DNA of 37,153 bases, taken from positions 1 through 37,153 of the IMG/VR virus record IMGVR_UViG_3300048902_000094, one strand, 5' to 3'. A model generated the notes under the pieces. That model saw only the letters and a list, made by a program, of their open reading frames with translations. It was not told the DNA's origin and searched no databases. Shown piece after piece: positions 1-8,866 of this stretch (positions are counted from its first letter, which is position 1; each line of letters opens with the position of its first letter). Position numbers and translations under genes: made by a program. The DNA is from a virus. Lineage: Duplodnaviria > Caudoviricetes.

Positions 1-178
1 CGGACACCAAACCACCAAACTGATGCTCAAGCTCTTCACGGGCATCGCAAGGGCCGCCCCAGATGTAAACGTATTCACCCTCATCATGCGGACAGCTCTC
101 GGCCGGATCTTCGTACCGACATAAAAACCAACTGGTCATATGTTTAATGATCGAAGCCCTATCTAAGGTATCGCTCAT
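1..178 (-). CDS. Hypothetical protein, partial (runs off window start)
   Basis: Not in the ORF track. ATG at 178 overlaps the stop of the upstream gene (ATGA). The frame is open to position 1: MSDTLDRASIIKHMTSWFLCRYEDPAESCPHDEGEYVYIWGGPCDAREELEHQFGGLVS. Confidence 0.75.
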   Translation of the reverse strand, partial: MSDTLDRASIIKHMTSWFLCRYEDPAESCPHDEGEYVYIWGGPCDAREELEHQFGGLVS

Positions 179-603
179 ATCGCACCTGCCCTTCTCGCTA
201 GATCCTGAAGCCACATCCATTGCCTGTCAGAAAACTGCACCGATCCGTAGATTTGCGCGCGGTCGACCATGGCGGCTAAGAACTGCCGGGCTTTGTTATT
301 AAGCGGGCTCCGCAGGATCAGATGCACCAGCGCCTTCAGCTCCTCGGCCGACATGCTTTGCTGTCGGCCGGTCGGATACGATTTCGCTTGGCGTGGTGGC
401 GGCTTTGGCGCCGATCGCGCCGCCTGGCCGATCGAGCCCACAATGTCATGCCAGTCCAGGCCGTGGCGCTTGAGCAGGCCGGTGATGCGGCCGGCGGCCG
501 CGGCGCTCTCGCCCTCATTGACCGAGCCGAGCACCAGCATCAGCTTGTTGAGCTGGTCGCGGATCTCCGGCGGGATCGGCCGGGTTGCGGTGTAGGGAGG
601 CAT
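175..603 (-). CDS. Hypothetical protein with DUF2786-like N-terminal helical motif
   Basis: Starts 1 nt after the polymerase stop. KLMLVLGSVNEGESAAAAGRITGLLKRHGL resembles the DUF2786 pattern (KLLxL..EAxAA..LLxKHGL). Confidence 0.65.
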   Translation of the reverse strand: MPPYTATRPIPPEIRDQLNKLMLVLGSVNEGESAAAAGRITGLLKRHGLDWHDIVGSIGQAARSAPKPPPRQAKSYPTGRQQSMSAEELKALVHLILRSPLNNKARQFLAAMVDRAQIYGSVQFSDRQWMWLQDLARRAGAI

Positions 604-604
604 C

Positions 605-2761
605 TCACTCAGCCTCCAACTTGGAATAATATGGCTGAATAGTTTCCTCAGACATCAACGGCAGGCCTTCGGACCAGTCGAAGCCCTGGCGCATCACCCG
701 GCGCAACGAAGCGACATACTCCTGCGCATGCTCCTCCGGGCATTCGCACAGCACCTCATCGTGCGAATGCAAACGGACGTGGAAGTCCTGGTCCTCGCAA
801 CGCACCAGAGTGCCGCGCAGCAGGTCAGCGGCGGTCGCCTGGACGATATTTTCACAGAGCGTGCCATGCCAGATGTGCGACCGGGTGCGGCCCTTCCAGA
901 AGCGCAGCTGGGTCTGGACGTCGACGACCTTGTCGTCGTCGTCCAGGATGTTGACCCGCTCGTACTTGATACCCCTGTAGGCCAGGCAGCGGCCGGACGG
1001 CAGCTGGCAATACAGCGTGCCGCCGAGCACCTGCTTCAGGTAGACGTAGGACACCCGGCCAGCCTCGAACGTGGCGCCGGGCGCCTCCAGCGCCTTGTTG
1101 ACGGCGCCCCATAACCCATAGGAAGTATCCGCATCGTGCTTACCCCAGAACCGAACACACCAAGGATTGGCCTTACGCCACCGATCGACCACATCCTTGG
1201 CCTCGGACGCGGGCAGATAAAGCCCGTAGTTGGCGCCCATGGCGGCCAGCGCGCCGACCCCGCCGCCGAATCCCAGAGCCAATTCAGCGACTTTGCCGCG
1301 CTGCCGTAACGCTTTGGTGATTTCGGTAACGGCTAGACCGGACATCGCCGCGGCCGACCGGGTGTACAGATCCGGCAGAGAGGGATCGTTATCGATGTCG
1401 CGGAAGATCTGCAGCCGCGCCAGGGCGCCCTTACTCTCAGGACCAACCAGCCACGGCAATACTCTTGCCTCAATCTGGCTGAAGTCGCTGACCACGAACT
1501 GATTCGTTCCCTTGGGAACAAAGGTGGGCCGAATCAGCAACGCCAGCTTGCGGACCACTGGCGTGTTATCGCCCAGCGCGGCGAATTCGTTATAATTGGC
1601 GCCGTTGAGGATGGCCTCGATCGCATCGTGCTCGTAAGGCAAGAAGCTCCGCGTCAGGTTCTGGATCTGGACGCCGCGGGAACTGGCGCGGCCGGTTTGC
1701 GGCGCACCATTGAAGACATATTGCCCATAAATGGTGTCGTCGACCTGCTGGGTCAGGATCTTCTTGTACTTGGCCGGCGTGGTTGACCCGCCGTACAGCC
1801 GGATCTGCAGCGCGCGCTCGGCAACCTGCATGCCGCAATCACGGCAGTAGGGAATCAGTTTCTCAATACGCGATCGGGTTAGGCTGTATTTAGCCGGACG
1901 GGTAACAGTGCCATATTCATCCTCTTCCTCCTCCCGCTTCAGGATGATGTTGCGGCCATCGGTATTGGGCGCAGTCTCCATCTGATCGAGCAGCCATTTG
2001 GTCAACAACTTGACCTGACCTACGGTGGCGACCGCGCCGCCGGTCAACTCTTGCAGCTCCTCGTTGCTGCGCCACTTGGCGTCATTGGCGAGGCTGTTGG
2101 CCTTGCGGGCAAACTTACGATCGATGCCGATGCCGCGATCGTTGATCTGCTCCATAGCCCAATACTCTTTCCACTCGCGCAGCGGCAATTGCCGGGTCCG
2201 CAGGAAGAGCGAGCGCATGGCCTCGATGTCGCCGATCGCGTAATTGCAGAACTGCATCCACTGGATCGGATGTGTTTGCGGCGTACCGACAGATTTGGGC
2301 TCGCAGAACAACCCGATAAGCTTCTTGCCATCCTCGACCTTGTGGATGCTGCCGGAGGCCTGACAGGCGCCGGCCAGGTCGGGCGGCAGGCCGGCCGCGG
2401 TGGCCTGCACCGACGGGTCGATAATCATGTCGGGGCGGATTTTAGGGGCATCAATCAGGGTGCAATTCCAGATCGAGCGGTCAAAACCGGCGTTGAACGC
2501 CGCGAACATGCCGCGGCCGTTCAAGGCGCGACCGTAATAGTCCGTGAAATCCAGTGGGATGTGCTGCCAGCACATCGGCCGGCCGGGCTCCGGCGCGGTG
2601 ACAATCTGCACCGGGCCGCGGCCGATCGCATAGGTCAGTATTATTGCCGCAGCCTTCGGATCGCAAGCGTAGCGCACGGCGCCGGCGTCCTGGAGATCGA
2701 CGCCGCTCCGGGTTTCAAAATCAAAAAAGCAGATGTGGTCTGGATTGAAGGTGGCGGACAT
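605..2761 (-). CDS. polA: Phage DNA polymerase, family A, with 3'-5' exonuclease domain
   Basis: Exo I DFETRS, exo II AFNAGFDR, exo III YAIGDIEA; motif A SDFSQIEAR, motif B RQRGKVAELALGFGG, ENIVQATAADLL, motif C HDE. Confidence 0.96.
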   Translation of the reverse strand: MSATFNPDHICFFDFETRSGVDLQDAGAVRYACDPKAAAIILTYAIGRGPVQIVTAPEPGRPMCWQHIPLDFTDYYGRALNGRGMFAAFNAGFDRSIWNCTLIDAPKIRPDMIIDPSVQATAAGLPPDLAGACQASGSIHKVEDGKKLIGLFCEPKSVGTPQTHPIQWMQFCNYAIGDIEAMRSLFLRTRQLPLREWKEYWAMEQINDRGIGIDRKFARKANSLANDAKWRSNEELQELTGGAVATVGQVKLLTKWLLDQMETAPNTDGRNIILKREEEEDEYGTVTRPAKYSLTRSRIEKLIPYCRDCGMQVAERALQIRLYGGSTTPAKYKKILTQQVDDTIYGQYVFNGAPQTGRASSRGVQIQNLTRSFLPYEHDAIEAILNGANYNEFAALGDNTPVVRKLALLIRPTFVPKGTNQFVVSDFSQIEARVLPWLVGPESKGALARLQIFRDIDNDPSLPDLYTRSAAAMSGLAVTEITKALRQRGKVAELALGFGGGVGALAAMGANYGLYLPASEAKDVVDRWRKANPWCVRFWGKHDADTSYGLWGAVNKALEAPGATFEAGRVSYVYLKQVLGGTLYCQLPSGRCLAYRGIKYERVNILDDDDKVVDVQTQLRFWKGRTRSHIWHGTLCENIVQATAADLLRGTLVRCEDQDFHVRLHSHDEVLCECPEEHAQEYVASLRRVMRQGFDWSEGLPLMSEETIQPYYSKLEAE

Positions 2762-2784
2762 GGTGGTGACGTCCTGTGGTGGTG

Positions 2785-2810
2785 CCCAGGCCCCGAATAA
2801 GGGGCCTGGG
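2785..2810. terminator. GC-rich hairpin between SSB-like gene and polymerase (terminator, attenuator or processing site)
   Basis: CCCAGGCCCC-GAATAA-GGGGCCTGGG forms a perfect 10-bp stem. There is no clear U-tract. Confidence 0.5.
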
Positions 2811-2836
2811 GGAGATGCAGGGGAGATGTAGGGGAG

Positions 2837-3631
2837 TTAGGCCACAGCCGGCCGGCGACGCTGCGCCCGCGGCGGCGGCGAATTCACCGGCTCGAGCTTG
2901 TCGTCCGCCGGCTCCTGCACCGGCGCCTCCTCGACCAGCGCCGGCTTACGGGGCCGGGCCGTGGTCGCGGCCGGCGTCGAACCCATGTCCTTGGGCAGCG
3001 CCGGCACCGGACCATTCGACTTCAAGTTGCCCTGAAGGTCGGACCAATCCACGACTTCAAAGATCGGGTTGTGGATCCAGCCATAATCGCTGTGCTTATA
3101 TTTTTCCGACTTGAACATGATCACCGGGCAGGGGAAGGCGCGATCGGTCCTCAACTGGCTCTTCACCGCATCTTCCAACTTTTTGAAGCCCTTCATGGTG
3201 CCAACGGAGCCGTTTTTGAACATCACCTCGGCGCCGGCATCCTCGCCATTCAAGCAAATTGCCTCGAACGAACGCTGCTCCTGGAACGGAAAGCCTTCGA
3301 TCGGCCCAGGCTTCGACGGCTTGGGCTCGCTCATGGGCACCATCACCTCACCGAGGCGCTCGTTCTTCCGACTGCCGGGATAGTTGCTCCAGCAGATGAA
3401 GCCGTGACAGATGCTGAGAATGTTGATCAGCCAGCGCGAGCCGACCTGCATCGGCTCATCGGCCTGGCCGATGTTCCAGGTGCCGTCGTTTTTGCTGAGC
3501 TTGATCAGATCCTTGCCGCCGCCGGCCACCAGGGTGGTCGATTGGGATTCCTCAATCCCGGCCAGCAGCCGGTCGGCGAGGTCGTTCGACAGGGCTGTCG
3601 AACCAAGGGAGCGTTTGACGATATCATTCAT
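2837..3631 (-). CDS. Putative single-stranded DNA-binding protein
   Basis: Lies between the DUF2800 nuclease and PolA, the usual SSB slot. Beta-rich core (LIKLSKNDGTW..GSRW..HGFICW..YKHSDYGWIHNPIFEVVDW) and a disordered Pro/charged tail. RBS AAGGA. Confidence 0.65.
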   Translation of the reverse strand: MNDIVKRSLGSTALSNDLADRLLAGIEESQSTTLVAGGGKDLIKLSKNDGTWNIGQADEPMQVGSRWLINILSICHGFICWSNYPGSRKNERLGEVMVPMSEPKPSKPGPIEGFPFQEQRSFEAICLNGEDAGAEVMFKNGSVGTMKGFKKLEDAVKSQLRTDRAFPCPVIMFKSEKYKHSDYGWIHNPIFEVVDWSDLQGNLKSNGPVPALPKDMGSTPAATTARPRKPALVEEAPVQEPADDKLEPVNSPPPRAQRRRPAVA

Positions 3632-3706
3632 GTTCGCGTGTCCTTATGGTTTAAGTTCTAGTGACCGGCGCAAATATCCAAAACCGGCCTGTTCATTGCA
3701 GCACAG

Positions 3707-4963
3707 CTAGGTGCCGTGGCGCAATTCCTTTAAGGCCTGGCTGAACTCCAGCGCAGCCTGTTTACGATCGATCTTCGGTGCCGGATCGCTCTCCGGCACA
3801 ACCGTGGTTTCGTCAGTCTCCGGCGCGACGCGCAGGTGGTCGGGGATCTTCACGCCCAACCGTTTGGCCGCCTTGTCGGCAACCGCAAAGGTCTGCAGCT
3901 TGTGCTGCCAGATGTCGGCGTCCTTGAAGCCAAGCCCGCGCAGGGTGTCGCTAACCAGTGTGTCGTCGACCCACTGACGCAGCTTGGTCTTCAACTTGAG
4001 CTTCCAGCCCGGCACGGTGCCGCCGGCTTCCAGGTAGGCGTGCAGCTGCTCGTCGACGGCCTTCTTGTATTCGTAGGCCATGTCGGCCAGCACCTTGGCC
4101 TTGCCGAGGAATTCACCGTAGTCGCCATCGTCGGTGTCGACTTCCAGCGGCCGCGCCGGCGCTATACCAAGCGCGGTCAGTTCGAACAGCGGCTCGGTGT
4201 GCTTGGGGCAGAACGGTCGGGCCGGGCACCAGCGGCAGTGGTCGCCGACGCTGAGCGGCGGGTTCTTTTCCAGTGCTTCGACGATCGCCGCGTCGATGTC
4301 CTCGATGAACATGTCGACCTCGGCGCGGGTGATCGGCGTGTGCGTCAGCGAATCCTCGGTGCGCGGCTGGATCACTGCGACCGCAAAACGCTTCTTGGCA
4401 AAAACGCTGGCCGGCAGCGTGTGCATGGCGGCGGCGAAATAAAACATCAGCTGCGGGTTCACCAAGTCGCCGATCTTGTCCTGGTAGACCGCTTTGACGG
4501 GGACACCCTGGCCAAATTTCCAGTCGACCATGATGACGATTTTCTTGTTGGCAATTAACAAGTCCGTGGTGCCGAAGGCGCCGGGCACACCGGGAAACTT
4601 CACGGCCAGTTCGTTGGCGATGACGCGGAAGCCACCGCCGTAGATCCGCATCAACTCATAGAGGTTGTCGATCGCTGGAATGATGGAGTCGTCGATGTGG
4701 TGCTGCTCGATGACGCGGTCATAGAACGGATGGCCAATGGTTTCGCGTGCCAAAGCCACCATGTTGTCTATGCCGGTGGGGAAGCCGCCGAGATAAGACG
4801 CAACAAGATGATTCATCACGGCATGCATCGCGCTGCCGTAGTTGGCGTATTCGGATGGCTGGTCGATCTGTTCTGGTATGCGCTGGATTAGTTGAAACGA
4901 ACCCGGGCAGTTCAGCAGACGCTCGGCAGTAGAGCCGCCGACGATGTTAGAATGCTTGGCCAT
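3707..4963 (-). CDS. DUF2800 / Cas4-like PD-(D/E)XK exonuclease
   Basis: Start reassigned to ATG 4963 (RBS GAGGA; MAKHSNIVGGSTAERLLNCPGS). Motifs GSAMH, GTTD, DWKFG, QLMFY and the C-terminal cysteine cluster HCRWCPARPFC. Confidence 0.9.
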   Translation of the reverse strand: MAKHSNIVGGSTAERLLNCPGSFQLIQRIPEQIDQPSEYANYGSAMHAVMNHLVASYLGGFPTGIDNMVALARETIGHPFYDRVIEQHHIDDSIIPAIDNLYELMRIYGGGFRVIANELAVKFPGVPGAFGTTDLLIANKKIVIMVDWKFGQGVPVKAVYQDKIGDLVNPQLMFYFAAAMHTLPASVFAKKRFAVAVIQPRTEDSLTHTPITRAEVDMFIEDIDAAIVEALEKNPPLSVGDHCRWCPARPFCPKHTEPLFELTALGIAPARPLEVDTDDGDYGEFLGKAKVLADMAYEYKKAVDEQLHAYLEAGGTVPGWKLKLKTKLRQWVDDTLVSDTLRGLGFKDADIWQHKLQTFAVADKAAKRLGVKIPDHLRVAPETDETTVVPESDPAPKIDRKQAALEFSQALKELRHGT

Positions 4964-5009
4964 GTTATCCTCTGTTCTGTTTGCAGCACCCGATAGAGCA
5001 CAGCACAAC

Positions 5010-5321
5010 ATGGCCGTCAAATTATCTGTGAGAGAAAGCGCGATCGAGCGCGAACTGGTGGCGCGGGTGCAGGCGATGGGCGGGCGCTGCGACAAGGTGC
5101 GGGTGATCGGCCGGCGCGGTTTCTTCGATCGCCTGGTGGTGCTGCCGGGTGGGGTGGTCAAGTTCGTCGAACTCAAACGACCGCGCGGCGGTAGGCTGTC
5201 GGAGCACCAGCGGCAGTGGGCTGAGAGCTACCGCCTACTAGGGCTAGTGGTTGCGCTGGTGATCTGCTCGGAAGATATTGACGCGCTGCTGGCGCAAGCG
5301 GAAGGCCGGCAGGGGTATTAG
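5010..5321 (+). CDS. VRR-NUC domain nuclease
   Basis: RESAIERELV..GG..K..RRGFFDRLVVLPGG..FVELKRPRGGRLSEHQ is a typical phage VRR-NUC pattern. Start at ATG 5010, or GTG 5028. Confidence 0.9.
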   Translation: MAVKLSVRESAIERELVARVQAMGGRCDKVRVIGRRGFFDRLVVLPGGVVKFVELKRPRGGRLSEHQRQWAESYRLLGLVVALVICSEDIDALLAQAEGRQGY

Positions 5322-5376
5322 CCCTACCGGCCCCCATGTCCGCTATTCCTATCCCACCACAGAAGAGGAACAACAG

Positions 5377-8001
5377 ATGACGAATAACGATAAAAAACCG
5401 CCGCGGCAATACCTGGTCACGGTCACGTTCTTTGACAATTACGCGGCGAAAACCAAGCGGGAAGAGCAGCTTACGCTGCCCAATCTGGCAATTACGATCC
5501 AGAACGAGAACCGGATCGAGAAAAACCGGCTCCCTTGGTTGAAGCTGGCGGTGTTCGGCGAGGTCAAGACCGCCAAGGGCTCGCTGCGCCACGACGCCAA
5601 TATGCAGCTGATCAGCGGCGTCGAGGTCGAGCACGACTCCGGCCGGATGAGCTTCGACCAGGCGGTGCAGCTGCTGCAGGCCGCGGATATCTACTGCCTG
5701 ATCTACACATCACCATCACATCTGGTGGCCAACGAGGACGGCGTCGCGGTCGAGAAGTGGCGGGTGCTGGCGCCGACCTCGGAGCTGCTGCCGGTGGCCG
5801 ATCGATACAAGCTGGCGGCCCGTATCAACGGCGTGCTGGAAGGCGTTGCCACGGCCGAATCGTTCACGCTGTCGCAGTCGTATTATTTTGGCAGCGTGAA
5901 GCACAATCCGGCGCATTTCGCGCAGGTCATCGACGGCGAATACTTCGTCGATTGCTGCGACGACCTCGACGCCGGCGCGATCGGGGCGCCGGTCAAGGTG
6001 AAGGGTAAGGCCAAAGCGTCACCCCAAACCGGACCGGAGATGGCGCCGAGTCACACCGAAGCGGCCCTGGATGAATTTGTTCGCACCGCCAATGATATCA
6101 ACGCCCACGGCGATCGGCAGTGGCATAACAACATGCGCTCGGTCGTGGCTTCGATGGTGAAGAAGTTCAAGACCGACGCCGAAATCTACGAGAGATGTGC
6201 GCCGGCGTGCCGCGAAGGTTATGGCGACAAGGATGTGAAGAAGCTGATCGACACAGCGCGGGTGAAATACGAAATAACCGATCCCGAAACCAGCTCGAAT
6301 GAGTTTATAAAACTGCTCGGTGAGTTCACAGAAGAGGTTGCAGCAAGCGGCGAAGAGCCACTGAAAGGCTGGAAGCAACGCAAGCCGGTGATCCGCTACG
6401 GCAAGCTCGCCGACATGGTCGACGCCGCGGCGCGGACGCTTATCGCAGCAGATGTGCCGTTTTACCAGCGCGGCGGCATGTTGGTGCGTCCGGTGGTGAT
6501 GGACCTGAAGACCTTCAACGATGGGCCGACGTTCTCGGCGCAGCTGGTCGTGGTCGACGTGCATTACATGGCGGACACGCTGTCGCGGCACGCCGACTGG
6601 GTTAAATTCAACAAAACCGAGGGTAAATGGGTGCCGGCCAACCCGCCTACGGCGGTGTGCCTGGCATTGCTGGCGAAGTTCGGCGACTGGCCGTTTCGCG
6701 TGCTCGCCGGTATCATCACCACACAGACATTACGGCCGGACGGCAGTATTTTATCAGAAGCCGGCTACGACCCAGCCACGCAATTGCTACTGATCAACCC
6801 GCCGGCGATGCGGCCGATCGCAGAACATCCCACTGTGGTGGATGCCGAAGCGGCGCTGGATGTTTTATGTGAGTTGCTGGAGGAATTCCCCTTCACCGAC
6901 AACGACGAGCTGCTGAGCACATCGCGCGCAGTGGGGTTGTCGGCGATCATATCGACGGTGTGCCGTGGCGCTTATCCAGTGGTGCCAATGCACGTGGTCG
7001 ACGCGCCGGCCGCCGGCACTGGCAAGTCCTACCTATTGTCGACGGTGGGCTGGATCTCAACCGGCCAAGCGATGCCGGTGATATCGGCCGGCAAGACCGT
7101 CGAAGAAACCGAGAAGCGGCTCGGCGCTGCCGTGATCGCCGGGCAGTCGTTGATCTGCATCGACAATGTCGAGGGTGAGCTTGGCGGCGACGCGCTCTGT
7201 CAATTGATCGAGCAAGTGCGGCCGAGTGTTCGCATTCTCGGGCAGTCCAAGCTGATCGAGGTCGATGGCCGATCGATGTGTTTTTTCGCCAACGGCAATA
7301 ACATCAGCCTGGTCGGCGATATCTATCGGCGCGTTGTGACCTGCCGGCTCGATGCCGGTGTCGATCGGCCGGAGAAGCGGCAGTTTAAGAAGAACCCGAA
7401 GGCGATCATCCTGGCCAACCGCGGGCACTACGTGGCGGCCTGCCTGACCATCTGCCGGGCCTATCTGGCGGCCGGACAGCCGGGCAGGTGTCCACAAATC
7501 GGCTCCTTTAATGAATGGTCGAACCTGGTGCGCTCGGCCCTGGTCTGGCTCGGCGAGGCTGACTGCGTCGACACCATGGACAACGCGCGGGCAGACGATC
7601 CGCACCGGCTGGCACAGCAAGCCCTGCTGGCGCAGTGGCGGGACACCTTCGGTGGGCGCGGCATGCTGCTGAAGGATGTGATCGCCAAGTGCAACGAGAC
7701 GATCGCCGGCGCCGACTTCGATCGGCTCGGCGAGCGGGCCGGCATGCGGCACACCTACGAAGAGCTCAGGCAGGCTGTGATCTCAACCAACCCGGAGGCG
7801 CATCGCCGGGTCATCGATCCGCATGCGCTGGGGCAAAAGATGCGGGCGTACAAGGACCAATGGGTCGGCGGAATGCGCTTCACGAAGGCAGAACGCAACC
7901 AAGAAATTCTTTGGTATGCGGAAATCAAAGGTGAAAGACCGGAAATCAAGTACAAGCCGGTAAAGGGTAAAAGTAAAATATCCAATGAAATCAATGGGTG
8001 A
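5377..8001 (+). CDS. Primase-helicase (AEP/RepB-like primase N-terminus, P-loop NTPase C-terminus)
   Basis: Start ATG 5377 with RBS GAGGA. N-terminal VEVEHD, YTSPSH and KWRVLAP primase-like motifs; helical WHNNMRSVVASMV; Walker A DAPAAGTGKS; Walker B-like ICIDNV; FANGNN; DIYRR. Confidence 0.85.
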   Translation: MTNNDKKPPRQYLVTVTFFDNYAAKTKREEQLTLPNLAITIQNENRIEKNRLPWLKLAVFGEVKTAKGSLRHDANMQLISGVEVEHDSGRMSFDQAVQLLQAADIYCLIYTSPSHLVANEDGVAVEKWRVLAPTSELLPVADRYKLAARINGVLEGVATAESFTLSQSYYFGSVKHNPAHFAQVIDGEYFVDCCDDLDAGAIGAPVKVKGKAKASPQTGPEMAPSHTEAALDEFVRTANDINAHGDRQWHNNMRSVVASMVKKFKTDAEIYERCAPACREGYGDKDVKKLIDTARVKYEITDPETSSNEFIKLLGEFTEEVAASGEEPLKGWKQRKPVIRYGKLADMVDAAARTLIAADVPFYQRGGMLVRPVVMDLKTFNDGPTFSAQLVVVDVHYMADTLSRHADWVKFNKTEGKWVPANPPTAVCLALLAKFGDWPFRVLAGIITTQTLRPDGSILSEAGYDPATQLLLINPPAMRPIAEHPTVVDAEAALDVLCELLEEFPFTDNDELLSTSRAVGLSAIISTVCRGAYPVVPMHVVDAPAAGTGKSYLLSTVGWISTGQAMPVISAGKTVEETEKRLGAAVIAGQSLICIDNVEGELGGDALCQLIEQVRPSVRILGQSKLIEVDGRSMCFFANGNNISLVGDIYRRVVTCRLDAGVDRPEKRQFKKNPKAIILANRGHYVAACLTICRAYLAAGQPGRCPQIGSFNEWSNLVRSALVWLGEADCVDTMDNARADDPHRLAQQALLAQWRDTFGGRGMLLKDVIAKCNETIAGADFDRLGERAGMRHTYEELRQAVISTNPEAHRRVIDPHALGQKMRAYKDQWVGGMRFTKAERNQEILWYAEIKGERPEIKYKPVKGKSKISNEING

Positions 8002-8155
8002 AAATGGATATACCCTCACGTACCCTCAGTCCCAGCCCCTGGAACATGATTCTATGTTCTCGTTTATGGTATGTGATGAGAACGAGAATCGCCCCCGCGT
8101 GACCTAGAATGAGGGTACGAGAGGGTACAGAGCAAAAATGGCATTGATATCGTTG
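7983..8155. promoter_or_regulatory. Putative replication origin with nested inverted repeats
   Basis: CAATGAAATCAA (7983-7994) / TTGATATCGTTG (8144-8155); TACCCTCA x2 (8011, 8021) / (T/A)GAGGGTA x2 (8110, 8120); TTCTCGTT (8057) / AACGAGAA (8081). The region is AT-richer and lies immediately 3' of the primase-helicase. Confidence 0.55.
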
Positions 8156-8182
8156 AACAATCCCCCTGTGCCCTTCGAAATC

Positions 8183-8217
8183 TGTTCTATTTTGTTCACA
8201 CATGTTCCGTTTTGTTC
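8183..8217. promoter_or_regulatory. Four phased TGTTC boxes (LexA/SOS-box-like operator)
   Basis: GTTC at 8184, 8194, 8204 and 8214, an exact 10-bp period, just upstream of the RBS of the 8235 gene. Confidence 0.4.
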
Positions 8218-8234
8218 ACGGTAGAGAGGAATAT

Positions 8235-8495
8235 ATGGCTAGAGTGACTGCGGATGCGGTTGAGATACAGATCGTCAACGAAAACGGGATCACGGTGGAT
8301 GGGCTGGAGGTGACCTGCGCCAAGTGTGGGCACACGGTCGAGGTGTATGGCACTCACCAGCAATCGGCGAAGCGCGGCGGTGTGATGCTGTCCGAGGACT
8401 GTCTTGAGAATGAGCGCAATTTTTATGTGGTCTACGGCGTCGACCTCGATCGGGATGACGAACCCGACGAGGACGACGACGAGGATGATGACTAG
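8235..8495 (+). CDS. Small hypothetical protein with CxxC and acidic tail
   Basis: RBS GAGGA then ATG 8235; VTCAKCGH..EDC..NFY; D/E-rich C-terminus. Confidence 0.75.
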   Translation: MARVTADAVEIQIVNENGITVDGLEVTCAKCGHTVEVYGTHQQSAKRGGVMLSEDCLENERNFYVVYGVDLDRDDEPDEDDDEDDD

Positions 8496-8866
8496 TGGTG
8501 CTCTTCGGGGATGCCGTGTTTTTCGTACATGTCCATGAGCTTGGCCACGACTACCGGCACTGCGGATGTGCCGTTGCTCATGCGGTAGATGGTCGAGCGA
8601 CCCATGCCCAATAGCCGGTGCGCGGTCGAGACGTTGTAGCCCAGCCTGGCCAACCCCTGGACAAAGCGTTCCTTGGTCATGGCGGGGCTTCCGCCCCTGG
8701 GGGGTGCGCCAGAATTTGCCACGGAATTATCCGGCTCGGGTTCAGGCTGGTGCCGGCCTTGCAATAGCCGGTGGATCCGCGTGGCTTCGCCAGGTTGGAT
8801 TTTTGGGCCGTGTCTGGATGCGGATGAAATGGCCTTCTCTACGGCGGTTTTGTTGTATTCGGTCAT
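8492..8866 (-). CDS. HTH (Cro/XRE-like) DNA-binding protein with N-terminal extension
   Basis: The C-terminal MTKERFVQGLARLGYNVSTAHRLLGMGRSTIYRMSNGTSAVP fits a Cro-type HTH. RBS AGGA. Confidence 0.7.
   Translation of the reverse strand: MTEYNKTAVEKAISSASRHGPKIQPGEATRIHRLLQGRHQPEPEPDNSVANSGAPPRGGSPAMTKERFVQGLARLGYNVSTAHRLLGMGRSTIYRMSNGTSAVPVVVAKLMDMYEKHGIPEEHH

Noticed and set aside
4964-5376. N-terminal extensions in the ORF track (3707..5176, 4944..5321, 5278..8001; likewise 13649, 10381, 16933, 27672)
   Set aside because: They overlap neighbouring real genes. Downstream ATGs have RBSs or stop-start coupling and match the expected domain starts.
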